Shown: positions 27,995-38,112 of the stretch, in pieces
Layout: every line of letters begins with the position of its first letter
How positions within the stretch are numbered: position 1 is the first letter of the stretch
NCBI GenBank assembly: GCA_040753615.1
Contig: JBFMDO010000031.1
Coordinates: forward strand, 2,221 to 66,220
Length of the DNA stretch: 64,000 bases
Source: Nitrospirota bacterium
GTDB taxonomy: Bacteria; Nitrospirota; Thermodesulfovibrionia; Thermodesulfovibrionales; SM23-35
Direction: 5' to 3'
Program-made: the position numbers and the translations under genes
Notes under the pieces: model-generated
The model's input: the letters and a program-made list of their open reading frames with translations, nothing else
What the model was told of the DNA's origin: nothing
Databases searched by the model: none

Positions 27995-28603
27995 CTATCC
28001 CTCTATCCTTTTTATTTCTTCGAGTTGTTCTCGTTTTTCCTGACAATCTATGCAGTAGATTGCAAATGGCATAACACTAAGCCTTTTTTCGCTTATCTCC
28101 TCACCACAGTCTTCACATATGCCATAGGTGCCCTCGTTAATCTTTCTTAGCACCTCGTCTATTTTATGAAGGGTTTCTCTGTGGGTGCTCAATTGTTTAA
28201 GGCTTATATCTTCTGACAGGTCAACCACTGACCAGTCTCCGTCATCAAGTGCTGTATCCACAAGCTGTTTTGTTTCGCCTTTTATATATTTGGATATTTC
28301 TGACTTGGCTTCTTTAATTATTTCTTTTCTTTTATCAAGTAGAATATTTCTTAGTGTAGCCTTTCTTTCCTCTTCTGTTACTGATTTCTGTAATACCGGC
28401 GATTTTACCGCTTTCTTTTTCTTTGCAGCAGTTTTTGGCTTAACCTTCTTAGATGGTTTTTGGGAACGCGGCACATTGACAGTTGTCTTTATTTTTTTTG
28501 TGGTTTTTAGGTTAGGGCTTTTAGACGTTTTTTTAGAGCGTGATTTTAATACCTTTTTGTCTGCTTTCCTAATCTTTTTCTTTTTAGCCTTTTTATCTGC
28601 CAT
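27995..28603 (-). CDS. DksA/TraR-family C4 zinc-finger protein with a lysine-rich N-terminal extension
   Basis: 202 aa. The C-terminal half matches DksA/TraR (DDGDWSVVDLSED..., YGICEDCGEEISEKRLSVMPFAIYCIDCQ). The first ~75 aa are K/P/S/T-rich (MADKKAKKKKIRKADKKVLKSRSKKTSK...). Confidence 0.8.
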   Translation of the reverse strand: MADKKAKKKKIRKADKKVLKSRSKKTSKSPNLKTTKKIKTTVNVPRSQKPSKKVKPKTAAKKKKAVKSPVLQKSVTEEERKATLRNILLDKRKEIIKEAKSEISKYIKGETKQLVDTALDDGDWSVVDLSEDISLKQLSTHRETLHKIDEVLRKINEGTYGICEDCGEEISEKRLSVMPFAIYCIDCQEKREQLEEIKRIEG

Positions 28604-28762
28604 TATTCTGTCTCTTCCTCAAGTCTGCCTTGTTGTGAATTTTCTCCCTCTTTAAATATCTCTATAATGCTTCTTACTTTTATGCCTGCTGACTGAAGCG
28701 TCTTTTGTATATCAGTTAGTTTGGCATCTGTTACTTTTAGAACGAAATTTCTGTTTATTATT

Positions 28763-30636
<1,874 letters not shown>

Positions 30637-30640
<4 letters not shown>

Positions 30641-31398
30641 TCTGTCACCCCTGCTTCTTCCTGTTCTATCTTTTCCTCGATCTGTTTGCTCTCAGCCTCT
30701 ACTGCCATGGTTTTTGAAAGTATCTCCTTGCCTTCAATTACAGCATCTGCCATCTTTGATGCCATAAGTTTTATAGCCCTTATTGCATCATCATTGCCTG
30801 GGATAACATAATCAACCTCATCCGGGTCGCAATTTGTATCAACTATAGAAACTATTGGCACAGAAAGTTTTCTTGCCTCTGCAATTGCAATCTTTTCTTT
30901 TTTTGGATCAACCACAAATATAGCACCTGGAAGGCTTTTCATATTTTTAATCCCTGCCAGATTTTTTTCGAGTTTTGTCCTTTCTTTTTCAATGCTGGCA
31001 GCCTCTTTTTTGGTCAGCAGGTCTAAGGTGCCATCCTGTTTCATTGTTTCGATCTTTTCAAGTTTTTCTATGCTCTTTTTTATTGTTGAGAAATTTGTAA
31101 GCATACCCCCAAGCCATCGCTGATTAATAAAAAATACACCTGCCCTCGTTGCCTCTTCCTGAATAACATCCTGTGCCTGTTTCTTTGTGCCAATAAACAG
31201 TATGGGGGATCCTGTTGATGCTACTTCCTTAATAAAATTATAGGCTTCCTCGATCCCTTTTACTGTCTTTTGAAGGTCAATGATATAGATACCATTTCTC
31301 TCCCCGAAGATGTATTTCTTCATCTTAGGATGCCATCTTTTTACCTGATGTCCAAAATGCACACCTGCTTCAAGTAGTTCCTTCATTGCTACTACCAT
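30637..31398 (-). CDS. rpsB: 30S ribosomal protein S2
   Basis: [22 protein letters not shown]. Start set at ATG 31398. The ORF-track start at 31422 is a TTG lying inside the AGGAGGAG RBS region. Confidence 0.95.
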
Positions 31399-31558
31399 TT
31401 TTCTTTTTCTCTCCTCCTGCAACCTCTTTAAATCGCCTGTTTTATTTACTGAACGTAGAGGTTAGTTCATTCCCGTAAAATAAAAGGAAATGCCTTCTTC
31501 TTTAAGAACATAAGCCTACCACAAAAATATCTTTTTTTGCAAGTGGATCAACGCCTTA

Positions 31559-31588
31559 TTGACCTGTTTCTTTAATAAGCACTACAAT
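31559..31588 (+). promoter_or_regulatory. Putative sigma70-type promoter for the 31603 gene
   Basis: TTGACC (31559-31564), 18 nt spacer, TACAAT (31583-31588). Implies a very short leader. Confidence 0.25.
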
Positions 31589-31602
31589 ATAGAGACTATA
31601 TT

Positions 31603-32928
31603 ATGGATTTAACAATACGTCAAAAGATATTCTTCGGATATGCAATAATGGTCCTGTTCACCATTATTGTAGGAGTATATGCAATATGGAGTCTTAACGC
31701 CCTCAATAAAATTACTACAACAATTATCTATAGCGATATTGCAGCACAGGAGAAGCTGACAAAACTTAATGACAATATACTTGCTCAGGACTTATATGAA
31801 AAGAGATATACCTTTTTCCATGAAGCGGCTGCAGAGGATAATTTCTGGAATCGAAGCAATGCATTTAAGTCCTTACTATCAATTATTGGAAAAACCTATC
31901 CATCGTTTGAGGATATAATTAATGACATATCAGCTTCTCATGAAAATTATAACTCATCATTTAAAAAACTATCGGAGCTTGTAAATCAGAATAATATTAA
32001 AGAGGCAGAAAACCTGTCATCTACAGATTTGAAGCATAAGCGGGAGAAAGTCCAGTCTTTACTTAAAAACCTTGATTTGAAAATAAAAACTCAGCAAAAA
32101 CAATATATCAACAAATCAAATATACTCGGAAAAAGGGCGTTTCTAATAACTATAACCCTTAGTACGGTATCTATTATATTTGGCATAGTTTTCGCGTACT
32201 TTATAACAACCCACCTTGATTCAACTATAGAAAAGTTAAAGGATGCCACATATTCTATAAGGAGCGGCAATTTTGACAGCCTGCCAGATATTAAAGGTGC
32301 AGATGAACTTGCTGACCTTGCCATCTCATTAAGGGAGATGTCAGCGAGGCTTAAAGATCTCGAGGCTATGAATCTGGATGCAAATCCCCTTACAAAGCTT
32401 CCGGGGAATCTAGCTATAGAGAAAGAACTCCTCACAAGACTGAATGAGAACGAAAATTTTTCATTCTGTCTAATTGACCTCGACAACTTTAAGGCATTCA
32501 GCGACAGATATGGTTTTACAAGAGGCAGCGAAGTGCTTAAGTGGGTTGGAGATTTGCTCTCAGAGATAATGAAAAATTCTGGGAAAAAAGAAGATTTTTT
32601 AGGGCATATTGGCGGTGATGATTATGTGGTAATTTGCGATCCGGAGAGGGTGGAATCTATATGTAATGCGATTATAGAAAAATTCGATAAAGGTATAGTC
32701 AACTTTTATGAGACAGAAGATCTGGAAAGAGGCTATATAGTATCTGTTGACAGGAGTGATAAACCATCTATATTTCCTATAATGACTATATCTATTGCTG
32801 TTGTTAATACTGACAGGACAGTTGTCAAAGAACCGCGGGAGATAGCAGAAAAGTTAGCAGACCTTAAAAAATATGCAAAGGGTTTCCCGAGAAGCATATT
32901 TGTTGTTGACCGCAGAAGATCAAAATAA
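31603..32928 (+). CDS. Membrane receptor: two TM segments, helical sensor, HAMP, and a GGDEF-like palm domain with a GGDD motif
   Basis: 441 aa. TM1 FFGYAIMVLFTIIVGVYAIW and TM2 AFLITITLSTVSIIFGIVFAYFI. HAMP (STIEKLKDATYSIRSGNF...LADLAISLREMSARL). Palm domain LIDLDNFKAFSDRYGFTRGSEVL...HIGGDDYVVI, which departs from canonical fNDxyGHxxGD / GG(D/E)EF. Confidence 0.7.
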   Translation: MDLTIRQKIFFGYAIMVLFTIIVGVYAIWSLNALNKITTTIIYSDIAAQEKLTKLNDNILAQDLYEKRYTFFHEAAAEDNFWNRSNAFKSLLSIIGKTYPSFEDIINDISASHENYNSSFKKLSELVNQNNIKEAENLSSTDLKHKREKVQSLLKNLDLKIKTQQKQYINKSNILGKRAFLITITLSTVSIIFGIVFAYFITTHLDSTIEKLKDATYSIRSGNFDSLPDIKGADELADLAISLREMSARLKDLEAMNLDANPLTKLPGNLAIEKELLTRLNENENFSFCLIDLDNFKAFSDRYGFTRGSEVLKWVGDLLSEIMKNSGKKEDFLGHIGGDDYVVICDPERVESICNAIIEKFDKGIVNFYETEDLERGYIVSVDRSDKPSIFPIMTISIAVVNTDRTVVKEPREIAEKLADLKKYAKGFPRSIFVVDRRRSK

Positions 32929-32939
32929 ATTATTTGTAA

Positions 32940-34151
32940 ATGGTTAACGAAGACTTATCAAGATTAAGGATTGACAAGACAAAGCTTGCTCCTCATTCAA
33001 GGAAAAAGACAAGAAATTTTTACCTGATAATAACCTTGCTACTACTATTGATAGGGGCTCTTTACATTACCGGTATTTTTTCACCACTAACTGTTGAAGT
33101 TTCCAGTGTAACTCAAATATACCCATCTCAGTCTTTTACCTTATTAAATGCGAGTGGATACGTTGTAGCTCAACGCAAGGCTGCTGTTGCCTCAAAGGTT
33201 ACGGGCCGTCTTGTGTCATTGTCAGTTGAGGAAGGAAGCAGGCTGAAAGCAGGAGAAATTATTGCCCAACTCGAAAATGAAGACGTGAGTGCTGTAAAGA
33301 ATCAAACTGAGGCAAATCTGAATATTGCTCGGCATAACCTTGAACAAGCAGAAGCTGAGCTGCAAGATGCTAAACTTTCTTTTCAGAGAAATAAGGAACT
33401 GATTAAACAGGAATTTATTTCAAAAGCCATATATGATGCGTCAGAGGCGCGTTATAAAAAGGCAGATGCTGCGGTTAAAGCGGCTGAGGCTGCTGTCAGG
33501 GCAGCCTCAGCCGCTCTTCGAGAGGCAAGTGTTGCTCTGGAATATACACTAATCCGTGCGCCGTTTGATGCAGTGGTGTTAACAAAGAATGCAGATATTG
33601 GAGATATTGTTACGCCATTGGGTGCTGCAGCAAATGCCAAGGCCGCAGTGGTTACCATTGCAGACATGGATTCCCTTCAGGTAGAAGTTGACGTCTCGGA
33701 GTCAAATCTTCAGAAGGTGAAGACAGAACAACCATGCGAGATCCAGCTCGATGCCTTACCTGATTCACGTTTCCGTGGAAAAGTTCATATGATAGTGCCT
33801 ACTGCTGACCGAACTAAAGCCACAGTAATGGTAAAAATACGTTTTATAGAGAAAGATCCCCGAATATTACCTGAAATGAGCGCCAAGGTAGCCTTTCTAT
33901 CAAGAGAGATCAGGAAAGAGGAGATGAAACCACGCACTGCCTTAATCAAGGAAGCAATAATAAGCAGTCATGATACAAAATTTGTTTATTTAATCAATGG
34001 GGACAGGGCTATAAAAACACCAATAACTGCTGGTGATCAATTCGGCGATATGACTGAAGTTTTAAGCGGAGTGAAGATAGGAGATAGGGTTGTACTTAAA
34101 CCATTGGATAAGATCAAAAATGGCTCAAAGATAAAGGTTATAGAAAAGTAA
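32940..34151 (+). CDS. Efflux transporter periplasmic adaptor (HlyD/MacA family)
   Basis: 403 aa. N-terminal TM segment, a coiled-coil hairpin (A-rich 33440-33540), and beta-barrel motifs IRAPFDAVV and KVHMIVPTAD. Confidence 0.85.
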   Translation: MVNEDLSRLRIDKTKLAPHSRKKTRNFYLIITLLLLLIGALYITGIFSPLTVEVSSVTQIYPSQSFTLLNASGYVVAQRKAAVASKVTGRLVSLSVEEGSRLKAGEIIAQLENEDVSAVKNQTEANLNIARHNLEQAEAELQDAKLSFQRNKELIKQEFISKAIYDASEARYKKADAAVKAAEAAVRAASAALREASVALEYTLIRAPFDAVVLTKNADIGDIVTPLGAAANAKAAVVTIADMDSLQVEVDVSESNLQKVKTEQPCEIQLDALPDSRFRGKVHMIVPTADRTKATVMVKIRFIEKDPRILPEMSAKVAFLSREIRKEEMKPRTALIKEAIISSHDTKFVYLINGDRAIKTPITAGDQFGDMTEVLSGVKIGDRVVLKPLDKIKNGSKIKVIEK

Positions 34152-34853
34152 ATGGCGAACAAATCGCCCATCGTAGAGATAAACAGCCTCTATAAGTCAT
34201 ACCGCAAAGGTAACCAGATCATATCCGTATTGAATGATATATCCTTAAACATTGATGAAGGTGAGTTCCTTGCTCTCATGGGACCTTCAGGTTCTGGCAA
34301 AACAACCCTCTTAAACCTTATTGCAGGCATAGACAAACCTGACAGTGGTGTTATAAAAATTGATGGAATTGATATTGCTTCTATGTCTGAGACAGAACTT
34401 GCTCAATGGCGCGCATTAAATGTGGGGTTTATTTTTCAGTTTTATAATTTAATCCCTGTGCTTACTGCCTTTGAAAATGTTGAGATACCTTTGCTTCTAA
34501 CAGGACTAACGAAAAAAGAGCGGCGAGAACATGTGGAAATGACCATGGAGTTAGTAAATCTCTCTGATCGGATGCACCATTATCCTGGTCAACTTTCTGG
34601 TGGTCAGCAACAACGTGTAGCTATTGCGCGTGCTATTGTGACTGACCCGACTATACTGGTCGCTGACGAACCAACCGGGGATCTAGATAGAATTTCGGCA
34701 AATGATGTGCTGGATTTAATGGAACGTCTTGTTCAAGAACTTAGTAAAACTATTATTATGGTAACCCATGATCCACGGGCTGCAAAAAAAGCCCACCATA
34801 TTATCCACATTGACAAGGGTGTTTTGAATGTACATCCTCAAATTGATTTTTAG
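34152..34853 (+). CDS. ABC transporter ATP-binding protein (MacB/LolD type)
   Basis: Walker A GPSGSGKTT, Q-loop, signature LSGGQQQRVAIARA, Walker B LVADEPTGDLD. Confidence 0.9.
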   Translation: MANKSPIVEINSLYKSYRKGNQIISVLNDISLNIDEGEFLALMGPSGSGKTTLLNLIAGIDKPDSGVIKIDGIDIASMSETELAQWRALNVGFIFQFYNLIPVLTAFENVEIPLLLTGLTKKERREHVEMTMELVNLSDRMHHYPGQLSGGQQQRVAIARAIVTDPTILVADEPTGDLDRISANDVLDLMERLVQELSKTIIMVTHDPRAAKKAHHIIHIDKGVLNVHPQIDF

Positions 34854-35988
34854 AAACGCATTTCGGCACAAACTCCGCACCTCTCTTACTATTGTCGGGG
34901 TTGCCATTGCTATACTCGCCTTTGGTCTTCTAAGAACTGTTATAACCACATGGTATTTAGGTGTTGAGACAGCTTCTGCAAATCGTCTTGTAACAAGAAA
35001 TGCTGTATCCCTTGTCTTTCCGCTTCCCCTCTCACATAAAGATAAGATCCGCCAGATTGAAGGTGTAAAAAACGTTTCTTACGGAACATGGTTTGGCGGT
35101 ATATATATTGACGAAAAACATTTCTTTGCAAACTTTGCAATGCAGCCACAATCATATCTTGCTATTGCTCCTGAAATCGTTATACCGTCTAATCAAAAAA
35201 CTGCTTTTTTCCGAGATCGAAAATCTGCAGTGGCAGGACGAAAACTCGCTGAACGGTATGGATGGAAGATAGGTGATATCATAACATTGAAAGGAACAAT
35301 CTTCCATGGCAACTGGGATTTTGTCCTGCGTGGTATTTATAAAGGAAGGGATCAAAATGTAGATGAGACAGCTTTTTTCTTTCACTGGGAATATCTTAAT
35401 GAGACCTTAAGAAAAACCACCCATCATTCTTGGATTGATCAGGTCGGTTGGTATCTGATCGAGATAACAGACCCTGAGATGGCAGCCGAAATATCTCAAA
35501 AGATTGACCAAACCTTCAAAAATTCCTTAGCAGAGACATTGACCGAAACTGAAAAGGCATTCACCCTGAGTTTTATATCAATGACAGAAGCGATAGTTAT
35601 TGCTATACAATTAATTTCTTTTGTTATCATCCTTATCATTATGGCAGTTGTTGCCAATACCATGGCAATGACTGCCCGTGAGAGGATCGGTGAATATGCA
35701 ATCTTTAAAACACTTGGGTTTGGTGGTCTTCATATTTCCGGATTGATACTCGGAGAATCCCTATTCATTACGTTGTTGGGAACTGCTTTTGGCATTATCC
35801 TCACTTTCCCCGCAGCTAAAATCTTTAGTAAGACACTCAGTGCTTACTTCCCTGTCTTTAATATAACCCGTGAAACCATCTACCTTGATATAGTCGCATC
35901 ATTTATTGTAGCTTTTGTAGCAACAATCTTTCCTGCATGGCGGGCTATAAAAATCCGGATAGCTGATGGACTCAGGAGGATAGGATAG
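34828..35988 (+). CDS. ABC transporter permease (FtsX/MacB-type)
   Basis: 386 aa. TM1, a large periplasmic domain, then three C-terminal TM segments (FtsX-like). Confidence 0.85.
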   Translation: MYILKLIFRNAFRHKLRTSLTIVGVAIAILAFGLLRTVITTWYLGVETASANRLVTRNAVSLVFPLPLSHKDKIRQIEGVKNVSYGTWFGGIYIDEKHFFANFAMQPQSYLAIAPEIVIPSNQKTAFFRDRKSAVAGRKLAERYGWKIGDIITLKGTIFHGNWDFVLRGIYKGRDQNVDETAFFFHWEYLNETLRKTTHHSWIDQVGWYLIEITDPEMAAEISQKIDQTFKNSLAETLTETEKAFTLSFISMTEAIVIAIQLISFVIILIIMAVVANTMAMTARERIGEYAIFKTLGFGGLHISGLILGESLFITLLGTAFGIILTFPAAKIFSKTLSAYFPVFNITRETIYLDIVASFIVAFVATIFPAWRAIKIRIADGLRRIG

Positions 35989-37154
35989 TGAAAATACCTT
36001 TCTCATATAGCCTTCGCAACCTCTTGACACGCAGACTCACTACTGCATTAACTGCCGGGGGCATGGCTTTAGTGGTGTTTGTCTTTGCTGCTGTTCTGAT
36101 GCTTGCCGAGGGCTTACAAAAATCGCTTGTTGAAACCGGTTCTTATAGCAATGTGGTAGTAATTAGAAAGGCAGCAGTTTCTGAGGTTCAAAGTGGGGTT
36201 TATCGTTTGCAGGCATCAATAGTCGAGACCCAACCTGAAATTGCTATAGGGACAGATGGAAAGCAAATGGCTGCAAAGGAATTAGTAATACTTATTACCC
36301 TCCCTAAACGGGGAACAGATAAGCCTTCTAATGTGGTTATCAGGGGGATTGAAGAACATTCAATGGCGCTACGTCCGCAGGTCAAACTTATTAAAGGACG
36401 ATTGCCAAATCCTGGTTCATCTGAAATTATTGCCGGATCAAGTATAGCAAAACGTTTTCAGGGCGGAGGCATTGGAGAAACCCTTCGTTTTGCTATGAGA
36501 GAGTGGACTGTTGTTGGAGTTTTTGATGCAGGGAACACTGGCTTTAGTTCCGAGATATGGGGAGATGCAAATCAGCTCATGCAGGCATTCAGAAGACCTG
36601 CTTACTCTTCAGTTATATTTCGACTGCGTGATGACTCAGAATTCGTAAAAGTTAAACAACGCATAGAAAACGATCCCCGCCTGACCCTCGAGGCAATGAG
36701 GGAAACAGAATATTACAGAAAACAGTCGGAAATGATGGCTAAATTTCTCCGAATCCTTGGAATATCACTTACAATAATATTTTCTTTAGGCGCGGTTATC
36801 GGCGCTATGATTACAATGTATTCTGCTGTAGCGCACCGTGTCTTTGAAATAGGCACCTTGCGTGCTATCGGCTTTTCAAGAAGAAGCATTTTAACGGCTT
36901 TCCTATTAGAATCGCTGTTTCTCGGCATTATCGGCGGATTAGTCGGGCTATTTTTTGCCTCTTTTCTCCAGCTCTTTACTGTTTCAACAATGAACTGGCA
37001 AACCTTTTCAGAACTTGCCTTTAGTTTTACACTGACCTTCGAAATCTTCTATAAAGCCATGGCATTCTCGCTGATAATGGGTTTTGTAGGAGGTTTGCTC
37101 CCGGCATTCAGGGCTGCACGCATGAGCATTGCGGAAGCGTTGAGGGCGAGTTAA
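35988..37154 (+). CDS. ABC transporter permease (FtsX/MacB-type), second copy
   Basis: 388 aa with GTG start overlapping the previous stop. Same architecture, ending FRAARMSIAEALRAS. Confidence 0.85.
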   Translation: MKIPFSYSLRNLLTRRLTTALTAGGMALVVFVFAAVLMLAEGLQKSLVETGSYSNVVVIRKAAVSEVQSGVYRLQASIVETQPEIAIGTDGKQMAAKELVILITLPKRGTDKPSNVVIRGIEEHSMALRPQVKLIKGRLPNPGSSEIIAGSSIAKRFQGGGIGETLRFAMREWTVVGVFDAGNTGFSSEIWGDANQLMQAFRRPAYSSVIFRLRDDSEFVKVKQRIENDPRLTLEAMRETEYYRKQSEMMAKFLRILGISLTIIFSLGAVIGAMITMYSAVAHRVFEIGTLRAIGFSRRSILTAFLLESLFLGIIGGLVGLFFASFLQLFTVSTMNWQTFSELAFSFTLTFEIFYKAMAFSLIMGFVGGLLPAFRAARMSIAEALRAS

Positions 37155-37251
37155 TTTGTGCAGTGGTTGAGTCATAATTGACGCCCGCCGTGAGCGAAAG
37201 CAAATTGATATAATTTTTGTTGATGCAACGAAATGGTAAAGGGAAATAAAT

Positions 37252-37467
37252 ATGGGTAAAGAGTGGGTTGAAGTTCTTGTTACCTATGACCCCATTGAGG
37301 CAGAGATTATAAAAGACATCCTCGAAAGCGGAGGAATCCCTGTTGTCATAAGATCAGCTAAAGTAAGTCCCTATCCTGTAAATATTGGGAAGATGGGTGA
37401 GATTAAAATTTTAGTGAGAAAAGAGGATAAAGAAGAGGCAAAAAAGGTGATAAAGGAAAGCAGTTAA
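37252..37467 (+). CDS. DUF2007-like small protein (putative signal-transducing fold)
   Basis: 71 aa. WVEVLVTYDPIEAEIIKDILESGGIPVVIRS resembles DUF2007. Confidence 0.6.
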   Translation: MGKEWVEVLVTYDPIEAEIIKDILESGGIPVVIRSAKVSPYPVNIGKMGEIKILVRKEDKEEAKKVIKESS

Positions 37468-37814
37468 TGTGATTCATTGTAATAAAAGATACATTAAATT
37501 AATTTTAGCTGCTACTACTCGATCTGTCAGACATTGCCAAATAGAATGCAGTTTTATGGATTACACTACTTGTGCGCAGGTACGGAGGTAATAAACTTTT
37601 ACGAATTCCTCAGAGTTATATGCAAAATCCTAAATCTTTCATATCTATTTGATTCCCCTCGAAGCAAACAAGAGAGAGACAAATCATTGGCATTACTTTC
37701 GATTTCAAAGAAACATTGTCAAAAACTGGCAGGGTATTGAATCCGAAGAGAAACACTCGTTTCATGGAGGGATGTTGTCAAACAGAACAATGTCGTGGCG
37801 TCAGGTTATTTCTT

Positions 37815-37949
37815 TCACCTACAAGTCAATAGAAACGACATGTCTTTTTTCCCTATTCCATGTCCTTCATACCAATGCACTTCTGTTTCAAGAACAGTAC
37901 CATCTTCCAGTTCTACCTGACAAATACCTTTCTGTAGCATATGTTTCAT
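37815..37949 (-). CDS. Possible small ORF (44 aa), unknown function
   Basis: Good RBS (AAGGAGATTAAG then ATG). MKHMLQKGICQVELEDGTVLETEVHWYEGHGIGKKDMSFLLTCR*. Not in the ORF track (under 60 aa). The HWYE.HGIGKK string looks familiar from small conserved proteins, but I cannot name a family. Confidence 0.3.
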   Translation of the reverse strand: MKHMLQKGICQVELEDGTVLETEVHWYEGHGIGKKDMSFLLTCR

Positions 37950-38112
37950 CTTAATCTCCTTCAAGCTTCTTCTATTATAACTTTTCACATTCCAGAGTTC
38001 TTTACCAAACTATTCTTTAAATATTTTTTCAGCAATCCCTTTATGCTCAAGGAATTTTTCGCAGAATAACTTTAACAAATTAGATACACAATATTCGCGT
38101 CCTCCATCACAT

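Noticed and set aside
37534-37954. Two overlapping + strand ORFs (68 and 101 aa) in the spacer between the DUF2007-like gene and purL.
   Set aside because: They have no RBS, an odd composition and no recognisable motifs. One overlaps a better-supported small minus-strand ORF. The region may be decayed DNA.
38040-38112. Minus-strand frame ...CDGGREYCVSNLLKLFCEKFLEHKGIAEKIFKE* just downstream of purL, considered as a toxin-like gene fragment paired with the 44-aa ORF at 37815-37949.
   Set aside because: It has no start codon, is only about 30 codons long, and I cannot tie it to a family with confidence. It is noted only as possible further gene decay.
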